DNA of 62,470 nucleotides, counting the filler, from Circinaria calcarea (Eukaryota), in NCBI GenBank assembly GCA_051942165.1. It is 6 parts of 6 records of this genome, joined end to end, with 100 filler letters (N's around TTAATTAATTAA, not from the genome) between each part and the next. Parts side by side here need not be neighbours in the genome. Positions count along the whole stretch, not along the records: positions 31,328 to 41,660 come from JAVECS010000823.1; positions 41,761 to 52,082 come from JAVECS010000824.1; 4 more parts are not named here. The stretch is one strand, 5' to 3'. The stretch's first letter is position 1. Every line of letters begins with the position of its first letter. Below, piece by piece: positions 35,294-46,580 of this stretch. Both the position numbers and the translations under genes were made by a program. The notes beneath the pieces were generated by a model, which was not told where the DNA came from, searched no databases, and saw only the letters and a list, made by a program, of their open reading frames with translations.

Positions 35294-38143
35294 TTAGTCA
35301 TTCTCAACGTCATCTTGCCCTTCAACGTTGAATTTCTTTCGACCGACACCGGTGAGCTTTTGCAAAGCAACCTTGTCTGCCTGCCTTCCAACCTTTTTCT
35401 GCATCTTCTCTATCTCTTCTTCTGGGTCAATGGCGTCCTCAGCAGCGAAATCGAGGACGAGCCTTCTGCCTAGTAGATGCGTATCCTTCAGCGCATGCAT
35501 GGCATTCTCCGCCTCTCTTGCAGTCACAAAATCCGCAAATGCAAAACCACGGGTAGAACTGTCAAACTTTTTCGGAACGCGTACTGATCGTAGCTGCCCA
35601 TAGGTCCCAAACAACGATCGCACATCTTTCTTGGAGGCTTCGAACGGGAGATTCTTGATGATGATTTTTGTCCTCCTGCCAGCAATCTTCTTAGCTTGGT
35701 CCTCTTTCCTTCGCTCCTCGGCCGCGTCTAAAGCTTTGTGGGATGCTTTAATCAGCAGCTCATGTCCGTCAAGTTTGTAGCCGTTCATAGCTGCAAGGGC
35801 AGTTTGAGCTTGATCCTTGGTACGGAACTCGAGAAAACCAAAGCCCATGCTGAGAATGCCGCCAGGTTTCTTGACGTCGGGTTTGGTCTTAACTCGAGCT
35901 GACATAAAGCCTTCGAGAGGCGAGAAGACTTCACGTAACCGCTCCGTGGTAGTCGAGAAGTTTAGATTGCGTACAAATAGTGTCGAAGTATCCACAGAAT
36001 TTTTCGATTCAGTGCCCCCCAATAAGTCGGTTGTAGACGGCTTGACGCCGTCCATTGATTCGAGATCTTGGTCAAGCCGCAAAACACCAGCAGGATTGAA
36101 AAGACCTTTGGGCGCCTTTTCAAGGAAAAGTATTGAGTCATTAAATTTGCGATAAGCTAGCGCTCCAAACGCTGACTTTGCTTCTGCTGCTTTTTCGAAC
36201 TTAACGATAGCAATGGTTCCAGACGGCGGTAGTAATAATTTAGTGATACTGCCATAAATCTCGAATAACTTCCTAAGATCCTCCAGCCTAGTCCCGTACG
36301 AAAAGTTCTTGACTAGTATAGCAGTGTCACCTCGTTCCTGCTTCCTAAAAGCATCGAGATCAACGCCATTTGCTACAAAATAAGCCTTGGTTTCTTGTAT
36401 AATGTTTGTTTCAGCGTGTGCCTGTTTTACCGCCGAGCTCGAGGAAGTCGGGTCCATGATCTCCGATTTCGCAATTCCGAGTCTATCGGAGATGGAGGAC
36501 ATGATCGCATCGGTCTATCATTGTGTAAGCCTTTCTCTACGGGATGACATTCAGATTACTGCTCACATTCATGTACATGGAGTTCCATTTAAATGTTGCA
36601 GATGCAGCTTCGGCTTTTCTTCTGATCTGCTTTTGCTTCTTGATAGGCAATTTTGAGATAGCATATTCATCTAGTGTATTATCCTTCTTGGCTGAGGCTG
36701 GGATTATGTGCAAAAGACGCCCCTGAAAGGATCTCCCATCTAACTTGGACAAGGCATCGGCAGCTGCCTCAGGGTCAATATATTGTACATACGCAAACCC
36801 TTTATTTTCGCCTGATCGAGAGTCAACAACGACATGGACCTAAGGCTTATCAGCATCACGTTCCGAGACCTTCCATTGGATCTAGCTGAAGTTGCACAAT
36901 CATTTCGATCTTCAGAACTAAGAAGCATCTACTAAAACGCTCTTCCAGGTGTCATCATATGCATAGCATAAGTTGTCCCTATCTGGATGTTCATCACGAG
37001 ACCGGTGCGCAATGATTGTCTCTGCACTTGCTCTTGTCAAACAGGCCCGGGGTATGCTTACCTCTTCCAAATCTCCATAACTGCCAAAGTGCGCTCTCAG
37101 ATCGTCCTCGGAAACCGTATAGGATAAGTTTCGTATGAAGAGACGACCAGTGTTAGTTTTGATTTTCTCCAGGAGATCTTCGGGTTTCTTCTCCGTTGCG
37201 GTTTCCTCTGTTCCAAAGCCGATGTCTTTGATATTTGTCTGAATGCTGGCATCTGACGGTTTACTGGTGACCGAGACATTATTAATAGCTTCGTCAACCT
37301 TGCTGGAATCGACTCCATTGGCTAACGTGTTGGAAGCCATTATCGAATCATCATCATCAATGAGCCCTAATAGTCGGCTGGTGCGAGAACGCAACCAATC
37401 GGCATCTGAAGCAGCTGGAGCAGCTGGCACAACTTCAACCAGTTCGTTTATTTCCTCATCCCTTTCTGTAGTATCAACAGTACAACCGACGATGGCTGCG
37501 ACCGCATGGTTGACAGCATTGAGCTCCTCCTTTGGGTTTGGATCCCCATGCGCTTTGTTAATGACCTCAGGAGATCTTTTCCGCTTCTTAGACACATGCT
37601 GGTACTCATCATCACTCTGGCCGTCTTCGACATGTACCACGACATTCTCGACCACTTGTGGAGCAGTTTGGTCCGTGCTTGTAGAATCCTCATTTGCCCA
37701 AGTCTTGCTCTTTGACGGCGGTTGCATGACCTCTAGGAACTCCCGTAATTTGGGGTTCACATTATTACTGTGTAGGGCTTTGTGCTTGCGATTCTCAGTC
37801 CCACCATTCTGGACAACGGCAATGGGCCCTGTTGTTGGCTTGCGGGGAACCTGCTCTTCAATCTAAGACCCGCAGTCAGCCACCATAAACTTTGTAGATA
37901 AGAAGCGTATCGTACTGGTCTTGCGAGTTCTACACCAATCCGCGACATGTGTATAAAAGACTTGTTGAAATATTTGACCGCCTTCTGCGCATCATCGTAG
38001 GTCTTGTATCCCACATATCCAATCCGCCGATTGGGAATGTACTTTGCATCGGTGACGGCTGATATTTTGGCGAAATGTTGCTTGAATTCGTCCACACTCA
38101 GATTCGAAGGAAGACCACGTATAAATATCCGCGAAGACTCCAT
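35294..38143 (-). CDS. MRD1: Multiple RNA-binding domain protein Mrd1 (RBM19), 4 exons
   Basis: Five RRMs (SRIFIRGLP, GRLFIRNL, ILVKNF, TLFVRNLNF, KIIIKNLPFEA), DADWLRSRTSRLL, FQGRLLHI and THLLGRRLVL. Introns at 37915-37863, 37061-36840 and ~36566-36515. Confidence 0.94.
36906..37004 (-). ncRNA. snR64: Intronic box C/D snoRNA, snR64/SNORD74-like
   Basis: Box C GTGATGA (36997-36991), guide AGATAGGGACA complementary to LSU rRNA UGUCCCUAUCU, D'-like CTTA, C' ATGATGA, GTTTTAGTAGA block, box D CTGA (36915-36912) and a short terminal stem, all inside a 222-nt MRD1 intron. Confidence 0.82.
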
Positions 38144-38471
38144 CGCGAGCTGTGGAACAGAGAGCCCTTACTTGAGGATGATGTCGAATTCGAGATTATT
38201 TCAAACATGCAGGGGGGGACTTTTGTCTGGTAATGTACCATAGGAGGCCTGATGCATGTGACGATCTGCTCGCTAATACCCGGCCCTCTAGCCTTTTTCG
38301 GACGTACGGCCGTCTCCTTTACGAAGTTGTGTCACGAGAGAAGAGAAGAGTTTCGAGTAAGAGAGCCTCCCTCTCAGCAGACAAGCATTGCCGTCGCATA
38401 TACTGTAGCTGACACAGAAGCCCCGTGTGTTGCACTACAACTATAAGACCATACCACACAACTCCATCACA

Positions 38472-39264
38472 ATGGCAACTCCTGAGAAGAAAGAGAAGAA
38501 GCTCGATGGTACTGTACCCCTTTCCCCGCTGTCTTCTCGCAGCATTGTGCTGAAATGTACTCCAGCGCAGATAAAATCCGCAGACATGGTACTCTCTCCT
38601 TATCCCGCCCGATCGCACCTTACATCGCCTGACTGCTCTATTCCAGACCGAGGACATGCAACAGGAAGCTGTCGAAGTCGGTAGGTAGCTCTATTTGTGG
38701 ACAAATACTTGGTCGCATTCGATGAGAAGAAGCTGAAGGGCATGGTAGCAACGGAGGCAATGGAGAAGTTTAGTATTGAAAAGGTTAGATTGGCCAGCTT
38801 GGGCAGTCCACGCTCTAGATGTTGACTAATGGGCATTCAGGACATTGCCCAATATATAAAGAAGGAGGTATGTCAAGCAACTCTGGCCATAAGAGCTTCG
38901 GTATGAGCGATGATGTTGATATCCATGATAGTTTGATTCCAGGAAAGGTGCTACATGGCATTGCATAGTCGGGAGGAACTTTGGCAGCTTTGTTACACAC
39001 GGTATGCCTTTTCAGCCGTTCAGGTGCCTGACACGTTTGGTTTCCATCTCGAGATGAGCATCAACTCATAGTCTCTCGACGAAATTTTCTAATATACGTT
39101 GACTCTGACTTACCTCGTTATCTGCCACATCATTTCCAACTTCCTCTCAGCTAAGAATCCCGAAGCTACCCTAATAAAACCTGCTAATATCCCATCCAGA
39201 GACCAGACATTTCATTTATTTCTACCTTGGCCACTGTGCGATTTTACTCTTCAAAACGCAATAA
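38472..39264 (+). CDS. DYN2: Dynein light chain LC8 (DYN2/NudG), 7 short exons
   Basis: Spliced translation: [96 protein letters not shown]. Confidence 0.95.
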
Positions 39265-39701
39265 AACTACCAACATGTGATATCGAAGAGGCGAATCCCC
39301 ATTTGGCTCTGTGGGCCCAAGTAATTGATTTAACGAACCTGATGAAAACTCATACTCGCAAATCTATCTTCAGTATAACTACTTTGGCTTCGTACCACAT
39401 TTACACAAAATGCATGCCATCAAAACTCTTCAAAGAAATGTATCATGCTTTCAAAGCGAAATTGCTGTCCGCTGTCTTCCCACTTTTCTGACCATATATA
39501 TTATTGCTAGTTTCGCCGCTTAACATCCAAATAAAAGCCGAGGTGGCCTTTACCTACTTCCTTGTTCTGTTAACTGACCACTCTTTCTCTCTATAGTACT
39601 CAGAGGTTTCATTTTCATCTACTTCAACAGCTCCCAGGTGTCCCTTTTCCTAAAATGCCGACTCTTTCGATCAGTTCAGACGCGAATGGCAAATCCAAAC
39701 G

Positions 39702-40307
39702 TCAGTGAATGTTCCAAAAGCCTCCCTTTTGCATATGAAGTGAACATGCGGCCACCGACCCCCAACCCGGTTTAGGCAACGGTTTAACCGGACTCTGTGG
39801 GGTCGGTTTACTTTCCGGATGATCATCTTTGGAGACACCCCACACAAACACATCGATCAAGTCATGCGTTCCAACAGTCGTACTTCCACCTAAGCCATTC
39901 GCCCCTCTGACGCACTGACGGATGACCTCCGCGGCTCGCAGGGCAATGTCGAGCAAAGTAGCTCTATCTACCACCCTATGTGTGAAGATATCGACGTAGA
40001 CGGAACAGGTGCCATGAGTCCATATCAAGGGAAGCTGGGCATCGGTCCCGACTGCCCTACCTCCGGATATAAACCGGATCGGAATGTAGTTAACGCTATC
40101 GGCTTCGCAAAGGATGGATTCACTGGCCAAAATGCAATCGGCAATTCTCGGAACCACCCGCGAGCCGAAGGCGTGGGAGATGTTTTCGAAGCAGTCGATT
40201 GTTCGTCGTTTGGAGAGGAGCTTGAGGGTCTGGGACGGATTGGGGGTAGTAGGTGCAGCCAGGACTGAGGTGAGACATGAGATGGAAAGGAGGGCAAAAA
40301 TGAACAT
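39702..40307 (-). CDS. Small secreted cysteine-containing protein (effector-like, possible KP4/Ecp2-type fold)
   Basis: Signal peptide MFIFALLSISCLTSVLA, KRR processing site, spaced cysteines (IDCF, ADCI, GTCSV, QCV) followed by a GLGG motif. Confidence 0.72.
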   Translation of the reverse strand: MFIFALLSISCLTSVLAAPTTPNPSQTLKLLSKRRTIDCFENISHAFGSRVVPRIADCILASESILCEADSVNYIPIRFISGGRAVGTDAQLPLIWTHGTCSVYVDIFTHRVVDRATLLDIALRAAEVIRQCVRGANGLGGSTTVGTHDLIDVFVWGVSKDDHPESKPTPQSPVKPLPKPGWGSVAACSLHMQKGGFWNIH

Positions 40308-41660
40308 GATTTAGGAGGCTTCTGATTGGGAAAAGTGACAAAATAGAAGGAAGGAGGAAGTCGACCTTGCGAAAAACCTTGGTCCTATCTTGGCAATGGT
40401 CTGTTTCAGCCCACGTGTCTCGCATCTCTCAAGATCGCGTACAGAGGGCGCATAACTTTGATGATTGCCTACTCTATCCGTTATGGTGAGGTGTAGCTAG
40501 TACGTCATTCACCGATTGACATAAAAACTATAGACCTTGGCGCGAGAATTTGACTGACGCTGTATACTTGATAGAAACCGTATAAAGTTTTTTAGAGAAA
40601 AAAGGCCATCACTTTGGGAGGGTATCCTCCGGCCCGCTATTCTTCATTTTATACAGAGTAAGGAGCATGTCCTATGTTTTTGGTATTTATTGCGCCCGCT
40701 AATGTTCTGTTTTGCCTGCGACCATGGTACCTTATTCTACCTAAATCTTGATCTTATCCAAAATCATTCCTACCCAGAACCTATCCCATCTAGACCATTT
40801 CTCCCTTCTTATCTCCACCCTCCAGTCCTTACCATACCTCACTATCCCTCAACAGAATTTATCCCCCCCGCCTCCATTAAAGCAAGTCCGGTGGACCTTC
40901 CCATTCCCATATCTCCATCTCAACCAAATCATCCATCGTCATACAAATCTCTCTCGACAGCAAAGCCCCCACCCCTCTCTTCCCACTAGCACAACTAATT
41001 CCAACTTTTTCCAAGCTTCTCCGCTCCCAAACCCCACCGAACGGACAAAAAACCCCCCTGCACACGCACAGCAGCGTACCCGGGTCCCGAGAACTGACAT
41101 ACTGCTCTTCTTTTCTCTTCCGCATAGAGTGAACGGGTTGGTTTTCGTGTTTTCGGGAAGCCTTCGTATAAGAGATCCTTGGCCCCCTTTCCTTGCTCTC
41201 TTTCCTTCCGTTTCTTGTTCCGTTTCTCACGCCTCCCATAGGTATAGCTATAGTTATAACCGCGCCCCCCCCCCTCCCTCATAGCACCGGTCATCGACGC
41301 TAGAGTTTCTGGTATTATGGTCTTTGACCGATTGATGGGATGGGTATCCCCCAACCCGGTAGCGACGGGTTCCGGGTTCCGGGTTCCGTGTCTTTCCATA
41401 TATGAGATAGGATATGTGCGTGAGGGGAAAAAGTGGGGAGTTAGGGTTTTTGCGTTAGTGGGTAGTGAGGGAGGGGGAGATTTAGGACATGTATGAGGGG
41501 TTTTATTGAAGGAAATGGAAAGCGGTTGCGACGGAATGAAAATTCTCCAGTTATAAGCTTTCTGTGCACTTCTTAAGCCGTAAAAAGCCTAGTTTCTCTT
41601 CCCTTACCCCTCCCCCCGGGCTTCTTCCCGAGCTCCTTAACTCTTCTCCAAGACCCCACT

Positions 41661-41760
41661 NNNNNNNNNNNNNNNNNNNNNNNNNNNNNNNNNNNNNNNN
41701 NNNNTTAATTAATTAANNNNNNNNNNNNNNNNNNNNNNNNNNNNNNNNNNNNNNNNNNNN
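41661..41760. other. Artificial contig spacer
   Basis: N44-TTAATTAATTAA-N44. Confidence 0.98.
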
Positions 41761-42076
41761 GCTTAAGCGACGCCCCCCCCCCTAACACCCGGCTCCGCTA
41801 TGCTCCTAAGATATAGGCAAAAAAGAATAGGCTTCGAGGTCCTGGGTATGGAAAGATTGGAGGGTATATGGTGTGCACTGACTGCTGTAGTGTATGCATA
41901 TATAGAGGTCATGTAATAGCTGAATTCTACACTGATTCTGTACTGCTAGATTACTATGCTGTGATGGAGAATCCCCAAAACATTCTATGCTTGCGCCGAA
42001 ACCAACCCGAAGTCCATGCCTTTCAATTTGGCCGCTTCTGTCTCCACCACACTCAGTAGACTCAGTTTGGCGCAAG

Positions 42077-43314
42077 TTATTTCTGATCCGACGAAGCCAT
42101 CCATTCCGTGATCATCTTCTTGATACCAGGAGTGAATGAAGTAATATTGTTAGCCCGTTGATCGTCCTCTCCATCTTTCACTGGAAGTCCTATTAGCATG
42201 AGAAGAGGAATGATTTATTTTACGAAAACTTACTCAATCCAATAATTTTGATAATCCATTTGGATGAATCGTTTAGGTCTTTAACAAACATGGCAACCAT
42301 GGCCCCTGACAGGCCATTCCAAGCACTAATCTCTGCAGGTAAATTAAAGCCCTTGACGTTTGTAAGCTTTTCCGGGATGTTCCCCAAAAAGAGACATCTT
42401 TCATTTGGGGAAAAAATACTGCCGTAATTGGGAATCTTGTTATCTTTTATGATGGCGTGTTGTCTGATGTCCATCAACTCATAGTATTTCTCAACATACT
42501 TGGCAAACAAGGCTTCATTCTCCAATAGGCCGGCGTACCCAACTGCCCAAATCGCTTTACCAGCGAATTGAGGTATGGATTCCTCGCCCTCGAAGAGCAT
42601 AAAATCCCCACAAGAAATGGTATCTTTTGGCAAGTCATCGTCATCATCGAGCTTCCAGAGCATAATATCTACAATTGCGTCGAGCCCGACAAGATGTACC
42701 CATCTGCTTGTTGTGCCGAATGCTAGAAATCATCAGCAGCTTTTAAAAATCTTAGTCAAAGCGCGCCACGAACGGTAATCACACAACCTCGCTGAGGTGA
42801 TCACAGCTCGATGTGAACCACGATTCTTCAACGCATTGAGAAGCTCGTCATCGCGGTTAAAATGAAAAGCGCTGAGAAAGTACCGATTGCCTAGGAAGAA
42901 ACCAGATTGAGTCGAATAGGCTGGTTCAAGTTTCGATTTCGCGTTCTGTATCCAAAGCCGGCCACTTGCCAAACCTCGCTTCCCGGCAAGGTCCATGGCC
43001 TGTATCTCAAATTAGTAGTAGCTTATAATAGGAGGAGACCTTTAGTAGTTAAGTACCTCTTTCAATGTCATTCCTTCTGGGGCTAGATTCTGAATATCCT
43101 TACTGGGAGATTCTATGCCCCCATGACTTTCAATAACATTACCACCTTTCCAGGTCTGTTTCCCGAAATCGTAGTGCGCACCAGCAAATTCAGACGGCAT
43201 ATTGGCTTGTTCCTGCTGAGACAATCGAGAAGAGAAATTGAAGAGGACGTTTGGAGTGGGAGGTTTGTATGAAGGCGCAAGTGTGGGTAGATGGGTGGGT
43301 GTAAGATGTGCCAT
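42077..43314 (-). CDS. Trypsin-like (PA clan) serine peptidase without signal peptide; exons 43314-43057, 42999-42774, 42722-~42234, ~42181-42077
   Basis: Three ORF fragments join in frame through canonical introns. SGFFLGNRYFLSAFH (His), VDIMLWKL (Asp) and SAWNGLSGAMV (Ser) appear in the correct order, followed by IIGL. Confidence 0.72.
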
Positions 43315-43902
43315 GGCTATTTATCTGGTTGATGGATGCCGGCTGGGACCAAACCCGTACCAGATCCAATTTGGTGAGGTTGATACTGAACGACCGAAGC
43401 GGTGAGTGATATGTTTTCAGGCGTGTAAAACAAGTAATTCTAAGTAGACAGTCTGTTCTTCAAGCCAAGATCAACTGGTAAAATTATAACAATCCAGGAT
43501 GAGAGATATATATGCCAACACGCCAATTCACGGGAGTCCGAGCGTTTGTCAAAATTATTATAGGCAGTCTACGTCATCTTTTAGACGTCCCCGCAATAGT
43601 CAACCCAATCCTAACGTAGGAGAATGGAAACCGTGTTGAGGGTTTGGGTATGCTGTACTTAATCAGAACTATCTGCTCTCTGCTACAGCTGTTTACTCTC
43701 AACTATGACTAGAAATTATCTGCTCTGGGAAGGGAGGGAGAGGGGAAGGGCCGGTTATGCGGCTGTTGCACGGTTTGAGTGCCTGAGCGCTTTCCCTTTT
43801 TAAAAGACCAACGTTTATATATCTCGTTCCTTCTTTGATTGATCACCACGTTGCGGACTTCACACAGCTCGCTCACAACGAGTGTATTAAGAATCAACGT
43901 TA

Positions 43903-44298
43903 TCAGGATCGTTCATCTCTTGTCTTGCATCTTCGAGTGCTTCGCTTCCGCTCGTCACTCGACTTGTCCTCCGGTGTAAGCTCTTCTTGGTCTCCCTCAG
44001 ATGACGAAACCGACTCTTTCCGGAGAGAAATATTGGCCCCCAATTGCTCCCGTAATTCCTTGTAGGCTGGAAATGGTAACCGCAACGATATCGAGTCTTG
44101 ATTTTTCAACCTGTTTTGTTGATGCTTTTTGAAAGTTTCCAGAATAATCTGAATACATTCATCATCAAGCGTGACTGGAAGCGATCTTTTTGGATTTATG
44201 AGAACGACGGTGCGAGGGAAACTGGGGGTGTTCTCCAGGGAACCGATCTTGTTTACTTGCACGGCTTTCGACTCGGACGCTGCCGGATGTTCATCCAT
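43903..44298 (-). CDS. Hypothetical 131-aa protein, co-oriented upstream of the protease
   Basis: ATG-initiated ORF with protein-like composition and a charged tail; no family recognised. Confidence 0.4.
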   Translation of the reverse strand: MDEHPAASESKAVQVNKIGSLENTPSFPRTVVLINPKRSLPVTLDDECIQIILETFKKHQQNRLKNQDSISLRLPFPAYKELREQLGANISLRKESVSSSEGDQEELTPEDKSSDERKRSTRRCKTRDERS

Positions 44299-45547
44299 AG
44301 TGCTTTATGGATGAATCTGTTGTGCGTCATGGTTCGGAGATGTTTGTGTGATCAACTAATAAAAGTTGAGGTGTATAGGGCAGTGCTCACGATTCTACAC
44401 TTTGTTATGCTTGTCTAGATGGCAAAGCAAGTAGGCCGAGCAGAAATTTTACTTCGGCAAATACTATTCTATGGAAGAACATCATTCCTCATTTGTTTAG
44501 TGGAAGGGCGAAACTTTTTAGCTTTCTCTGCTCGACGAAAAGAAGGGACAAGCTCAAGCAGACTACGGAGCACTCCTCAGGCTCCGTTACAACGCATGTT
44601 GAGGTCTTAGCACTGAGTATGGCCAAGATAATAGGCCGTTGGCGCATAAGTCCAAACCTATCGCAATAAAAAACGTTTGATCAAATTGATATGAGATAGT
44701 GACGACCTGACCATTATCGCTGTCGAGCGCAGTCTGAAAGCCCAGGCAGAGGTGGCAGTAGACTTTTCACTCAATCGGCTCCACAAGCATCCCACTCGAT
44801 TCATGATACAGTTGGTTATGTCTATAAAAACAGGCAACACTGTATTCCGATTACTTCACCCAAGGCAACGTAGTAACACCTCCAAAGACGATGTCGATCC
44901 ACAGAGCCATATTGACGAGAGGAGACAAGACAATGGAGAAAGAGCATACAAATTATGCAGTCATGGGTACGTGGTGGCAAAACGGATATATCTTCCTATG
45001 GGCCCACAGTACGTAGAATGAGAAAAGTGTGAAGTTTTCCCATGTGACACTTCCCTATTCCATCTACAGAGCAGGAACGCGGAAAACCCGGCATCTAATC
45101 TGTATGCAATCTCTCATTCGCCCATTCTCGTGCACAAGCACGCGCTCCCGCGATCCTCAGGAATGGATCGGCACGCACAGCTGTGGCGTCAGTGCCACAT
45201 GCCATGCGTCCGAACAGCGGAACGGGCAGAAACATAAATAAAGAGAGTCAGGAGAGAGCACACTTGTGGGTTTACCTATCCGCGTCCTATGAAATGAACC
45301 GATCGATCAGCCTGTTTTGTCCAGCTGAACATTCCACACCTATGACTGCTGTGCCGTAGAGCCTCTCTTTTACATATAGGGCCCCGTGCTCCCCCCGTTC
45401 TTCTGGGCCCAGCATTCCAGATCCTTACTTTCCTCCAACCTCCCACATCCCTGGAAAATTCGGGTTTCAAAGGCAGACGAAGAGGTGCAGATTCGTTCGA
45501 GGGCTCAAGACCAGACCCAGCCACATCTCATCTCATTTCATCTGAAG

Positions 45548-46392
45548 ATGGCACTGACGCGCTTGGCGATCGGGGCGCTCTGCCTCGTGTCCCTGCTGCC
45601 CAGCCTTTCAACGTGTCTCCATGTTCCCCCGGCGGCCAAAGCCAGGGTCTTGAGCCAGGAAAAGCGCGCGGCCGAATGTGTGAACGAGGAGATCCTAAAT
45701 GCCATGCGGGGCGACCAGAGCGCTGCGGCGTCCTTTTGCAAGGAGTTCCTGCCGGTGCTGAATGTGACTGTTACGGAGCGGGATGTATGCATTTTCCCCT
45801 TCCCTAAGAATGCTGTTTGTGGGAGACGTGTGCGATGCTGATGAGGCAAAGACGTCCACAGCGTATATAGGGAGCGTGACGGTGACGAAGACGGTCAGCT
45901 CGCAGCCTACTCTGTACGTTTCCGACTGACATGTGTTTGACGACTCCGTCTGATGGTGATGGTGTAAAGGATATTTACTGCTTTCAAAGACTTCCTTGTA
46001 AGGACTACATCCCCTGTAGCCTGCACAAACGGAACCCCGATATCTAGCCTGGCGGTGCCGAGCCCGACGACGCCTCTAGGACGCGGAGGCGGACGCATAG
46101 CGCGAGAGAATGTGCGCCCAGAGTACCTATCGGCATACCAGGCTTCACAGATCTCGAGCGCATGTAGTTGCTTGATTGCTGCAGGGGCTACCAGAACGGC
46201 GACCCTGATAAGGGTTGTGACTAGCAGTGTTGCTGTAAGTTGACAACCTACCGCTGCTGGGATACACTGCTGACTGATGTTGAGACTGTAACGGCACAAT
46301 ATCTTGCTGTGAACCCAGATCCGGTCATAAGATCTGTGGTTATCGGAGCGACAAGGACCGCGGTTGCCTATTCATGTTCCACTGGCCAGTAA
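45548..46392 (+). CDS. Secreted/cell-wall-type protein with ISSACSC motif, multi-exon (3' end approximate)
   Basis: Signal peptide MALTRLAIGALCLVSLLPSLSTC, KR site, ASFCKEFL, T/V-rich stretches and YQASQISSACSCLI; GT..AG introns. Confidence 0.65.
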
Positions 46393-46580
46393 GATGTACG
46401 TCATGTGCAAGTTCGTGGCAGAATTCTGGGCTGCAAGCGCTATGATTTCGGGACCAGTCTGAGGTGAGAAATAAAGTATTTCTACAACATAGTAAAAGCT
46501 GGACGACAAGAGGTTTCCATGTAAAGCAGTCAACTATAGTTCGAGGGACAAGATATCTCGCAGAGTAGTAATAATTAATT

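Noticed and set aside
40690..41399. ORFs of 99-178 aa near the contig end
   Set aside because: They arise from low-complexity C/T-rich sequence; no domain signal.
39702..44298. Secreted toxin-like gene plus trypsin-like protease as one cluster
   Set aside because: They lie on different contigs separated by the 41661-41760 spacer.
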